Virus record (IMG/VR): IMGVR_UViG_3300002092_002327 | Coordinates: 1 to 43,541 of that record | Origin: a virus | Lineage: Duplodnaviria; Caudoviricetes | DNA length: 43,541 bases | Strand: one strand, 5' to 3' | In this document: positions 1 to 7,579 of the stretch, in pieces | How the letters are laid out: each line of letters starts with the position of its first letter | How positions within the stretch are numbered: position 1 is the stretch's first letter | The notes under the pieces: generated by a model | What the model was told of the DNA's origin: nothing | Databases searched by the model: none | Seen by the model: only the letters and a program-made list of their open reading frames with translations | Position numbers and translations under genes: made by a program

Positions 1-219
1 ATGACCCGTTATATGGAAATGTACCATAAGCAGCTTGAAGCCAACGTGAAGCTTGAGGCCGAGCTGGAATACGTGACTGAGTATCGCGATCGATACCTGC
101 GCTTCATTCAGGAAACGGGGCGCCAAATCGAGTTCATGACCTGGTACGCCAAGGATTTGGGGCTTGCCGACGAGTTCATTGAACTGATGCCGGTTGAGCC
201 GCCGGTCCAGCGATCCTAA
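1..219 (+). CDS. Hypothetical phage protein (72 aa)
   Basis: ORF from base 1, followed by same-strand genes. Confidence 0.6.
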   Translation: MTRYMEMYHKQLEANVKLEAELEYVTEYRDRYLRFIQETGRQIEFMTWYAKDLGLADEFIELMPVEPPVQRS

Positions 220-233
220 ACAGGAGTCGCGAC

Positions 234-392
234 ATGCAGCTAAATCAACCGAAAGACCCGCGAGACATCATCCTCGATCAAGTCGAGGGCGGTTTGCTAC
301 TCTTGCTGGATGCCGTGAAGGCTGGCGACCCGCAGAGCGAGATTGAATGGCGTATCCAGGAAGAGTTGCGCTTGGTACGTAGCCGCAGCTAA
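234..392 (+). CDS. Hypothetical protein (52 aa, MQLNQPKDPRDIILDQVEGG...)
   Basis: Read manually; AGGAG at 222-226 before ATG 234. Confidence 0.65.
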   Translation: MQLNQPKDPRDIILDQVEGGLLLLLDAVKAGDPQSEIEWRIQEELRLVRSRS

Positions 393-434
393 GCGACCAG
401 TTTCAGTCCCCACTCTCGCACTCTCGAGGAACCG

Positions 435-1085
435 ATGGCGACCAAAGGCAACGGAAAGACGATTCAGTGGTTGCGTGACCACGCCAATCATGACGGCGAC
501 TATTGCTTGATCTGGCCGTTCAACCGGAACCCAAATGGCTACGGCCAACTCGTGTATCTCCAGAAGTCCGGCTATGCCCACCGGATGATGTGCGAGATGG
601 CTCACGGACCGGCGCCGAGCCGCGAGCACGAAGCGGCACATTCGTGCGGCAATGGGCATATGGGCTGCGCCCACCCGAAGCATCTTTCTTGGAAAACGCG
701 CTCAGAGAACCGCCTTGACTGCCAGCAGCACGGCACCCAGCGCAGGGCGAGGAGCGCAACCGAGGGCCGCTTGACCCCCGCTCAGGTCTTGGGGATCAAG
801 GCACTCAAGGGAAAGAAAACCCAGGCCGAGATCGCGTTTACTTTCGGCGTCTCAGAGCCAACGATCCGGGACATCTTTCTCGGCAGGTCGCACGCGAGGC
901 CGCCCAAGATCAAATTCTACACGCCGGAAGAGGACGCCAAGATCCGCGACGCGATAGCGCGTGGCTGCAACTTCACAGAGATCGGACGGCTTGTTGGACG
1001 CCAGCCGCATGCCGTCTCAGGCCGCGCCTATCGGCTTGGATGGAAATCCGGTAAGCCCGTTCAGTCTCGCCGTGCTGGCCAATGA
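435..1085 (+). CDS. HNH endonuclease with two C-terminal HTH domains
   Basis: CLIWP...GYG...AHRMMCEMAHG...HSCGNG..C.HPKHLSW...EN HNH pattern; TQAEIAFTFGVSEPTIRDI HTH; GAGGA RBS. Confidence 0.85.
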   Translation: MATKGNGKTIQWLRDHANHDGDYCLIWPFNRNPNGYGQLVYLQKSGYAHRMMCEMAHGPAPSREHEAAHSCGNGHMGCAHPKHLSWKTRSENRLDCQQHGTQRRARSATEGRLTPAQVLGIKALKGKKTQAEIAFTFGVSEPTIRDIFLGRSHARPPKIKFYTPEEDAKIRDAIARGCNFTEIGRLVGRQPHAVSGRAYRLGWKSGKPVQSRRAGQ

Positions 1086-1109
1086 TCTCTACACCCCTAG
1101 GAGGATAGG

Positions 1110-1376
1110 ATGAGCGAGATGATTGAGCGGGTCGCCAAGGCGATCGAAGCCGCCTCACAGCCCCCGGGCCAAAAGGATTACAAGATCCTTATGGAGAACG
1201 CCGCCCGTGCCGCTATCGAGGCGATGCGGGAGCCAACGGACTCGATGATTGTCGAGGCCATGACGACAGCCTACCCCACGGTAGCCGAGGCTGGCGGCGT
1301 CCTCGAGCAGGGACGTGCAGCGGCGCGGCTTGAATGGCAGGCTATGATCGATGCCGCACTCTCACGCTCCCCCTGA
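1110..1376 (+). CDS. Hypothetical phage protein (88 aa)
   Basis: AGGAGG RBS; MIERVAKAI...AARAAIEAMREPT...WQAMIDAAL resembles common alphaproteobacterial phage accessory proteins. Confidence 0.8.
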   Translation: MSEMIERVAKAIEAASQPPGQKDYKILMENAARAAIEAMREPTDSMIVEAMTTAYPTVAEAGGVLEQGRAAARLEWQAMIDAALSRSP

Positions 1377-1380
1377 GACA

Positions 1381-1542
1381 CTAGTCCAGCCGCTGGTTTA
1401 ACTCGCGCCGGAGCTTCTTGGCGGTCTCGTAGGATATCTTCCAGCGGACAAAGGTGCCGTCACCGGGCCCGATGGTGATGCAGTAGTCATCGGGCTTGTC
1501 GCCAGTGATGCAGGCTATCTTGGCCTCGCGGTCTTCGCTCAA
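1381..1542 (-). CDS. Hypothetical protein (53 aa, MSEDREAKIACIT...)
   Basis: TTG start overlaps upstream TGA, with GAGGAG RBS. Confidence 0.55.
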   Translation of the reverse strand: MSEDREAKIACITGDKPDDYCITIGPGDGTFVRWKISYETAKKLRRELNQRLD

Positions 1543-1724
1543 GCCGACTCCTCGATCGTAGGGCGGACCGGCTCTCCCTCCCCCTCCCACTTGCAAAGCG
1601 TCGAGTAAAGTCCGTGACTCGTCCCGGTCAATGCTGGCAGCGCCTTCCATCCGACCTTCTCCCAGAGATAGACGAACCCGTTCGGAACATAATGATACAC
1701 GCCGCCGATTCCGCTTGCCATCAC
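1539..1724 (-). CDS. Hypothetical protein (61 aa)
   Basis: Overlap-coupled to both neighbours. Confidence 0.65.
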   Translation of the reverse strand: MMASGIGGVYHYVPNGFVYLWEKVGWKALPALTGTSHGLYSTLCKWEGEGEPVRPTIEESA

Positions 1725-1915
1725 TCTTTCTCGAACTTGTGTTTTTTGCGTGCTTCCTTAGTAGCCCGTTGGCTTTGCCGAGCGCGGAAGAACAACTTGC
1801 CCTTATCGACCTTGAAATCTGTGATGTGAACGAGCCCGCAGTGACAACACATGTCGCGCTGCCCAACCCATGACGCCTCGTACCATTCGCCGTCGATGAC
1901 CTGCGTGTATTTCAT
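1721..1915 (-). CDS. Hypothetical protein with CCHC motif (64 aa)
   Basis: ATGA overlap with exonuclease stop; MKYTQVIDG...DMCCHCGLVH. Confidence 0.7.
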   Translation of the reverse strand: MKYTQVIDGEWYEASWVGQRDMCCHCGLVHITDFKVDKGKLFFRARQSQRATKEARKKHKFEKE

Positions 1916-2667
1916 ACTGGCTTCCCCGAGAACCACGACCCGCATTCCTGGCATTGATGGCGATGATAGCGGGCCTTCAACTTCACTGTGACGCCTCTCC
2001 GTTGGGTATTCGTGCTCTCACACGTCGGGCAAGCAATGCCGGGCGGTCGATCTCTAACTGCCCTGTACAGGCCCATATTCGGATGGTTCGGCATCCACGG
2101 CTTAATGCGCTCATAGACCCTTGCCAGTAGCTCCGTGTCCTGCTTGCAGTATCGCCGCATGATACGCCACGATTTCGGATCGCCGTCTTCGACACACCCT
2201 CGCCACAGGGCGGCGCCTGTATTGGGAATCTTCCGCCCCTCGCTGAGATAGCGCCCGATATTGTCCAGCTTGTTGCTGTCAAACTTGAAGGCCCTGCGAG
2301 CCGCTTTAAGCGTGTCGATCGTCTTGAAGGGGCTTGGCGGCTTGAAGCCGTTGGTGATCAGCCTCGAATTGATCTTCTTAATGTCGAAAGCGTCGCCGTT
2401 GTGCGCGACCACAATATCCGCAGTATCCAGGAGATGACGAAGCGTGCCGCAAAGAGCCGAATCGTCATGTCGATTGCGTTTGTAGCGAGGGAAATCAGGC
2501 AGCGCCGCCGTCTTGACGGTCTTTTCATGCCCCCATTTCCAGGACACCATCAGGATGTAGGTATCGCGAACCACGTAAACGGCGCCGGCATATGGCGGGC
2601 GCTGAGACCACGAAGTCATTAGGATTGGGGCGGTCTCGATGTCGATGAATAGGAGCTTTGGCCCCAT
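1912..2667 (-). CDS. RNase H-like (DEDDy, YprB-like) 3'-5' exonuclease with C-terminal zinc ribbon
   Basis: FIDIET, AHNGDAFD, IDT, KLD and YCKQD motifs; CPTC...CQEC. Confidence 0.85.
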   Translation of the reverse strand: MGPKLLFIDIETAPILMTSWSQRPPYAGAVYVVRDTYILMVSWKWGHEKTVKTAALPDFPRYKRNRHDDSALCGTLRHLLDTADIVVAHNGDAFDIKKINSRLITNGFKPPSPFKTIDTLKAARRAFKFDSNKLDNIGRYLSEGRKIPNTGAALWRGCVEDGDPKSWRIMRRYCKQDTELLARVYERIKPWMPNHPNMGLYRAVRDRPPGIACPTCESTNTQRRGVTVKLKARYHRHQCQECGSWFSGKPV

Positions 2668-3084
2668 TCACACACCGCCAGTTTGGACGAAGCACCAGAC
2701 GTGACCAGAGGTATTTACAAAGATGACCGAGTGGCCCGTTGGATTCCCGCGATCGAACTTGAGCTTGTAGGGCGGGATTTCGAACTCTGTCCCGACCGGG
2801 ATATGCGGTCGATTCAATGGAGCATCGTCGCGGTCGTCCGTGATCCTGCAATAGGCCTTGCCGTCGCGGGCAAAGTAATCATCGCACCAGTAAGCGTCTG
2901 CGAGCCCGCAGCAAGATGAGGCGGGGTTGTCGGGCTGCATCAGGCTTCCGTACCAGGCGTCGTTCGCGTGGTCATGGTCATGAGCGAACGCCTTGACCGT
3001 CAGAGCCACCACTAGAACTACGACGATAGCGAGCGCGTAGAGGATCTTCCGCCACGCCGAAGCCATCCCATCTTCTGCGGTCAT
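2668..3084 (-). CDS. Exported Cys-containing hypothetical protein
   Basis: Hydrophobic N-terminus ending AFA; SCCGLADAYWC, YC and WCF. Confidence 0.75.
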   Translation of the reverse strand: MTAEDGMASAWRKILYALAIVVVLVVALTVKAFAHDHDHANDAWYGSLMQPDNPASSCCGLADAYWCDDYFARDGKAYCRITDDRDDAPLNRPHIPVGTEFEIPPYKLKFDRGNPTGHSVIFVNTSGHVWCFVQTGGV

Positions 3085-3314
3085 ATCGTATCATCCTCGG
3101 CTTGCGTGCAGCCGAGTTTTGCGGTGATGGCCCCGCGCTGACTTTTGACATACTCTTTGACCGCGTTGCGCAGGGCTGCGCCCTCATCGGTCTTGGCAAA
3201 ATCCATGCAGGCTTCCAGCGTCTCAAAGTCTGCATTGTATGGGAGCACTTGAGAGGGCTGCTCAGCAGGCACTCCATTAACGACCGCGAAGATCACGGCA
3301 ACGAGCTTGAACAT
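3081..3314 (-). CDS. Exported hypothetical protein (77 aa)
   Basis: Signal-like MFKLVAVIFAVVNG; Cys pair; ATGA coupling. Confidence 0.7.
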   Translation of the reverse strand: MFKLVAVIFAVVNGVPAEQPSQVLPYNADFETLEACMDFAKTDEGAALRNAVKEYVKSQRGAITAKLGCTQAEDDTI

Positions 3315-3315
3315 G

Positions 3316-3609
3316 CTATTTCCCCAACATGGTTTTAAATCCGAGCCACAAGGCCCCTGCTACGCCCGTAACGACCACACCGATTGCAGCCGTCCAGCCC
3401 ACCCGTTCCACTTGCTCATAGCTTTTGCGAAAGCGGCGAAGGTGCTGGAAGTCCGCCCGGATCTCCTTGCGATCCTCTTCCTCGATGCCGAACGAGGTCA
3501 GGATCGTCGCGATTGTCTTGAGAACGGCGTCGTCAATGTCTTTAGGGGCGAGCATCTTTTGCTCGGCGAGGACTTCCTGGACGACCCCCTTGATTTCGTC
3601 TGCTGTCAT
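3316..3609 (-). CDS. Membrane protein with C-terminal TM helix (lysis-associated)
   Basis: VGWTAAIGVVVTGVAGALWLGF TM segment; ATGA coupling to o-spanin. Confidence 0.7.
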   Translation of the reverse strand: MTADEIKGVVQEVLAEQKMLAPKDIDDAVLKTIATILTSFGIEEEDRKEIRADFQHLRRFRKSYEQVERVGWTAAIGVVVTGVAGALWLGFKTMLGK

Positions 3610-3878
3610 CGGAAGACCGTCGCGTAGGTCTTCACGCCCTCATGCCAGCGGTCTTTGAATGCGACGGGCTTCGGCAACTTGTCGGCCTTGGGCTTCGGAC
3701 AGATAGCCTTCTTGGCCGCGTTGTCTTCCTTGATCTCGGCTATCGTCTGATCTGTGTCTTTGCGCGACCACGACAATTGCCTAAGCGCCGTACAAGTCAC
3801 CTTGTCGCTAGTCGGGGCGGCGGTTTTCGTCATCGTCGCGCAGCTTGGTAGGATCACGAGCAAGCTCAGAACGAACAT
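3606..3878 (-). CDS. o-spanin (Rz1-like lipoprotein); start could be 3914
   Basis: MFVLSLLVILPSC lipobox-like signal; overlaps 3' end of i-spanin in another frame. Confidence 0.7.
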   Translation of the reverse strand: MFVLSLLVILPSCATMTKTAAPTSDKVTCTALRQLSWSRKDTDQTIAEIKEDNAAKKAICPKPKADKLPKPVAFKDRWHEGVKTYATVFR

Positions 3879-4044
3879 CGTCGCGGGCTTGGTTGGCAGC
3901 GGAAATGGTTTCATCGGCTTGCAGATTCCCCTCAAGGATAGCTTCATCGCGGCCTGCCTGCCGGTCTTCCTCGCGACGCTGCCCACCGAGCAGATCGCGA
4001 AGAAAACCGAAGAAGGCAGCAATCGCGGCTGCGATCGAGAACAT
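3808..4044 (-). CDS. i-spanin (Rz-like)
   Basis: N-terminal hydrophobic anchor plus charged helical region; follows holin. Confidence 0.7.
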   Translation of the reverse strand: MFSIAAAIAAFFGFLRDLLGGQRREEDRQAGRDEAILEGNLQADETISAANQARDDVRSELARDPTKLRDDDENRRPD

Positions 4045-4338
4045 TTACTTAACCGGCGCGTTCACAGCGGCAGACGGGGAGTTCGATTCAACGACCTTGA
4101 CGCCGTTGGTCTCGTCCTTGTTGATCACCGGGATCTGAATGCCCTGGGTGGCAGCAAAGCCGGAAATCGCCGTCGAGATAGCAAGCACGGCCATCGCAAG
4201 CAGCGGCTCAATGCTACCCATCGGCCAGCCCTTTGCCACGCCCCAGGCGATGATCGCGCCAGAGCCAGCCGCCAGCCCCTTGTTGATCAGGGCTCCGACC
4301 GGCTGTGCGAAGTATCCAATTAGAGCTTTCCAGTCCAT
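4045..4338 (-). CDS. Putative holin
   Basis: 97 aa with two hydrophobic segments; AGGAGA RBS; lysis module. Confidence 0.65.
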   Translation of the reverse strand: MDWKALIGYFAQPVGALINKGLAAGSGAIIAWGVAKGWPMGSIEPLLAMAVLAISTAISGFAATQGIQIPVINKDETNGVKVVESNSPSAAVNAPVK

Positions 4339-4347
4339 TTCGTCTCC

Positions 4348-4680
4348 TTACGGGTTCATATCGTCGAGGGCGCCGGCCTTGGCGGCCAGAGCTTCCGCGC
4401 CGTCAGCGATTTCCTTGAGGGCCGCTTCCTGCTCCGGGGTCAGGCCAGCAACCGGCATGGCAGCGATCTTCGCCAGCAGAACATCGACATCGCCCTTGAT
4501 GGCGTCGAGCTTTGCGCTGGTGGCTTCTTGGGCGGCTTTGGCGCGGGCAACTTCTTCTTCGAATGACATTTGCAGAGACTCCAGTTTTTCGAGGATTGAA
4601 CCGATCTGCGTTTCAATTCGGCAAAGACGGTCGGTATCGTCCTTGTCGTGGTAGTGATGGTGGTGGATGATGATCGTCAC
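4348..4680 (-). CDS. Coiled-coil protein with N-terminal His tract
   Basis: MTIIIHHHHYHD, then heptad-like Ala/Glu/Lys helix; GTGA coupling to endolysin. Confidence 0.7.
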   Translation of the reverse strand: MTIIIHHHHYHDKDDTDRLCRIETQIGSILEKLESLQMSFEEEVARAKAAQEATSAKLDAIKGDVDVLLAKIAAMPVAGLTPEQEAALKEIADGAEALAAKAGALDDMNP

Positions 4681-5255
4681 AGGCGCGCCAATTCGGCGAC
4701 CTTGGCCTGCACCAGCTTGATCAGCGCAGCCTTATCGACCCCTTTGCCAGGGCACGTTTTGGTGGTCTTCGGATCGTCCCGGTGGAAGTGCAGGCCGCGG
4801 ACCTTCTTCTCAAAGGGCGCTAGTTGCAGGCCGGTTGCGAGATGCAGGCAAGCCAGCCCCTCGACGTACTTGTCCCTGATCGCCCCGTCGAACTTCTCAC
4901 GGTCGAAATCGCCGACGCACTCGACGCCCCACGACATCGCATTGAACGAGACCGCGTGAACGCCGCGCGCAGTCGGCGGCGACAGGACACAGAAATTGTT
5001 CGGGGTGAAGAAGAAGTGGGGGCCGGAGCTCCACTTCATCGTCTCGCCGTAGTACTTGGCGAGGTTCTTCAGCCATTGCTCATCGGTGACCGGCTTGGCG
5101 CGGGTCTGCCAGCCCTGCCACGTCTTCAGGTCCGGGGCGCCCGTGTGGTGCATCGTCACGAACTGAGGACGCCAAGTACCGAACTTTATGCCCTTCAGAT
5201 AGCCGAGGAACCCGGCAGCCGTTGGGAAGCACTTCCCCACATTAGGGATCGCCAT
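4677..5255 (-). CDS. Endolysin, N-acetylmuramoyl-L-alanine amidase (Amidase_2)
   Basis: MHHT, GVHA, GVECVGDFD, HFHRD and KTCPG motifs; GGAGA RBS. Confidence 0.9.
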   Translation of the reverse strand: MAIPNVGKCFPTAAGFLGYLKGIKFGTWRPQFVTMHHTGAPDLKTWQGWQTRAKPVTDEQWLKNLAKYYGETMKWSSGPHFFFTPNNFCVLSPPTARGVHAVSFNAMSWGVECVGDFDREKFDGAIRDKYVEGLACLHLATGLQLAPFEKKVRGLHFHRDDPKTTKTCPGKGVDKAALIKLVQAKVAELARL

Positions 5256-5380
5256 CAATTTCTCCAATGTTTTGAATCAGTTGCGCAACCGCAGATATTG
5301 CGGTGCACATTGTCAATCAGGCGTTGACTCTCGGCCCGGTTGAGACTCTAAATTTCTGCCCGGAACAGGAGGAACTTGGA

Positions 5381-5626
5381 ATGACTGACAAGCCGCCTGC
5401 CAAGCCATCCACGCTCGCAAACACCAGCGTTACCGCACAGCTCGGGTCGGAGCCGGTCGGCCCGGAGTGGGAAGTCCAACACCTGTTTACGCGGCCTTCA
5501 GTGACGCTGATCGATGGCAGCAAATCAGGCCGTCTCGTCATGCGTCGAATGGTGAACGGCGAGTTGCAGTATCGAGAGCCGACCAAAGAAGAGAGCCGCG
5601 AGTACGTCAGCAAGACCGCTTGGTGA
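5381..5626 (+). CDS. Moron hypothetical protein (81 aa)
   Basis: AGGAGG RBS; opposite strand to the late operon; TTGACT at 5324. Confidence 0.7.
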   Translation: MTDKPPAKPSTLANTSVTAQLGSEPVGPEWEVQHLFTRPSVTLIDGSKSGRLVMRRMVNGELQYREPTKEESREYVSKTAW

Positions 5627-5630
5627 AATC

Positions 5631-5729
5631 ATGGATGTAGAAACAATTCTCGGGGTCGCGCTTGTGCTGTTCACGCTCTACGGTCTTGTGCGTATTGGGC
5701 TGGCTTACTTGTTCCCGAAGGACACCTAG
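5631..5729 (+). CDS. Small membrane peptide (32 aa, MDVETILGVALVLFTLYGLVRIGLAYLFPKDT)
   Basis: Read manually; fills the gap up to the tail fibre stop. Confidence 0.55.
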   Translation: MDVETILGVALVLFTLYGLVRIGLAYLFPKDT

Positions 5730-5730
5730 C

Positions 5731-6702
5731 TTACAAAATTCTTAGGATGTAATTGCACACGATCGTGGGCTGCACGATCGTAAACGCCGTGCTCGTTCCG
5801 CCCTGCGCCGTACCCGTAAAGGTCGGGTTGGTGAAGGATGCATTAATCCCCGCCCCCCCGGCGATGCCGGTAATAGCGTTAGTCCCGCCAAACTGGAATT
5901 GATTCGTCGATGTGCTAATGGCCGCTGCGCCGCCGCTGTTGGTGCCGGCCGGCGTATAAGGCGGCAGGTTTGCAGTTTCGAGCGTCTTGGTCTGCGCACC
6001 GCCCTTGTCGCCTAGCGAGTCGATCCCGGATACGGCATCCGTAAGAATGCCCGCACCGCCATCTGCCGCTGCCGAGACGCGCCCGCGCTTGTCAGGCAAG
6101 TTGAACGTGGTCGACCCGTCGCCGACCCCATGGGTCGTGCCCATAATGGCGAACAGCGTCGCATAGGTCGTGCGGTTGATCGCCTGACCGATAGGAAACG
6201 CAAAGGAAGTGTTAGGAGCGGTTGGCCCCCAATAGTCGAGCCCGCCGGCAAGCGGAATGTTGTAAGGGTTTCCGTAAAAGTTATGCAGATACCAAACCGC
6301 GTCTGAGTTGTTGTAAGTGGCAACGTAGGGCGTGCCGAGAATTAGCGTCCCGGCGAGCAATTCAACACTCGGAGAGGGTCGCAGCGGCTTCGCGCCAAGC
6401 CCATCGACATTGAGCGTAACCGTTGCCCCGTTCGTGGCGTGCGGCGTGAAGGCAATTAAAGCGCCGTTCATATTCGCCAGCGAGTCGAAGATTTGGTTTG
6501 AGGTCACGGTGTACGCTGTTGACGAGCCGCCGGTCACGATCGCACCGGCGATGTCGTCGCGATACCCTGCCAGCGACGCCATCATGGCCCGGCCGGAATC
6601 GTTCACGCTGGACGGGGCCTGGCCCTCTTGCCAATTGACCTGCGCATCAGCGGTAGCGTTGCTGGCGGCCGTCTTCGACCACTTGAAGAAAAACAGGCTC
6701 AT
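5731..6702 (-). CDS. Tail fibre protein with tail collar domain
   Basis: GQAINRTTYATLFAIMGTTHGVGDGSTTFNLPDKRGRV collar motif; QP...NYILRI C-terminus. Confidence 0.9.
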   Translation of the reverse strand: MSLFFFKWSKTAASNATADAQVNWQEGQAPSSVNDSGRAMMASLAGYRDDIAGAIVTGGSSTAYTVTSNQIFDSLANMNGALIAFTPHATNGATVTLNVDGLGAKPLRPSPSVELLAGTLILGTPYVATYNNSDAVWYLHNFYGNPYNIPLAGGLDYWGPTAPNTSFAFPIGQAINRTTYATLFAIMGTTHGVGDGSTTFNLPDKRGRVSAAADGGAGILTDAVSGIDSLGDKGGAQTKTLETANLPPYTPAGTNSGGAAAISTSTNQFQFGGTNAITGIAGGAGINASFTNPTFTGTAQGGTSTAFTIVQPTIVCNYILRIL

Positions 6703-6705
6703 TGA

Positions 6706-7434
6706 TTATCCTCGGGAAAAGACAGGGGCCTTGAAGGCCGCGCGAAGTTTGGAAAGATCGGGCTGGCGGCGCTGCGGGAACATGATCGGCGGAAGCTGCA
6801 TCTGCTCGGCCGGCATCTGGGCGAACAGGCCGCCACCCCCTTGAGGCTGTGGCTGCTGTGGTTGCTGGGCGAACAGAGGTGGTGCGGCTTGCGGTAAAGG
6901 TGCGGCGGGCGGGGCTGCGGCGGCCTGTGGCGCGGGTTGCGGTTGCCCGCCTCCATAGGAGGCAAATGCTTTGGCAGCGTACTGCGTGCGCTGTGGGTGG
7001 CTTCCTGGGACGTTCCAGTCCTTGGGCCGCTCATAGGCCAGCATCGCCCTTGTGGCTTCTTCCGGTGTCTGAGCTGCTAAGAGCTTGTCATAGGCAGCCT
7101 TTTCTGGCCCCTTTAATTCGGAGTGCAGGAACTCAAGCTGTGTGGTAAGATCGGTGTGGGGGACGCCCTTTGAGGCCGCATAATCCTTGAGTGCCTGCGC
7201 CCGCGTGCTGTTCCACTGTCCGATGCCGATGCTGTCGCTGCCGTCCCGTCCGTCCCCCCGGTTTATGGTCTGGGTATTCAGCCCTTGGCCGGATTCGCCC
7301 TGGAGATTGCCGACAATGCCTGCCGCTTGAACCGGAGACATCCCTTGGCTGACAAAGTAGTTGAAGGCGATTTGGGCGTTGTCCTGCGGTGCAGGAGCGC
7401 TAGATCCGCCAACTATTGAATCGATGAGGCCCAT
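6706..7434 (-). CDS. Phage tail-type lysozyme (virion muralytic protein) with Pro/Gln-rich tail
   Basis: GMSPVQAAGIVGNLQGESG, GIGQWNSTR, QLEFLHSEL and YERP motifs of Phage_lysozyme2. Confidence 0.85.
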   Translation of the reverse strand: MGLIDSIVGGSSAPAPQDNAQIAFNYFVSQGMSPVQAAGIVGNLQGESGQGLNTQTINRGDGRDGSDSIGIGQWNSTRAQALKDYAASKGVPHTDLTTQLEFLHSELKGPEKAAYDKLLAAQTPEEATRAMLAYERPKDWNVPGSHPQRTQYAAKAFASYGGGQPQPAPQAAAAPPAAPLPQAAPPLFAQQPQQPQPQGGGGLFAQMPAEQMQLPPIMFPQRRQPDLSKLRAAFKAPVFSRG

Positions 7435-7579
7435 GGATATTGATCTGCCGCCTTCTGAGTATCGTTCGGAACGCAAAAAGCCCCACGAACCCTTCTTCGG
7501 GCCGGGGCTTCCTGATGCACTCGCTTACTTGTTCGGTATGTTCTCAGTAATGGCGCTGTTGTACCTGTTCAGGCACTAG
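7433..7579 (+). CDS. Small antisense membrane protein (48 aa)
   Basis: MDIDLPPSEYR...ALAYLFGMFSVMALLYLFRH; exactly fills the intergenic gap. Confidence 0.55.
   Translation: MDIDLPPSEYRSERKKPHEPFFGPGLPDALAYLFGMFSVMALLYLFRH

Noticed and set aside
5362-5375. GAAC-N5-GAAC as a second SOS box
   Set aside because: Spacing is 5 rather than 7, and the spacer is the SD sequence
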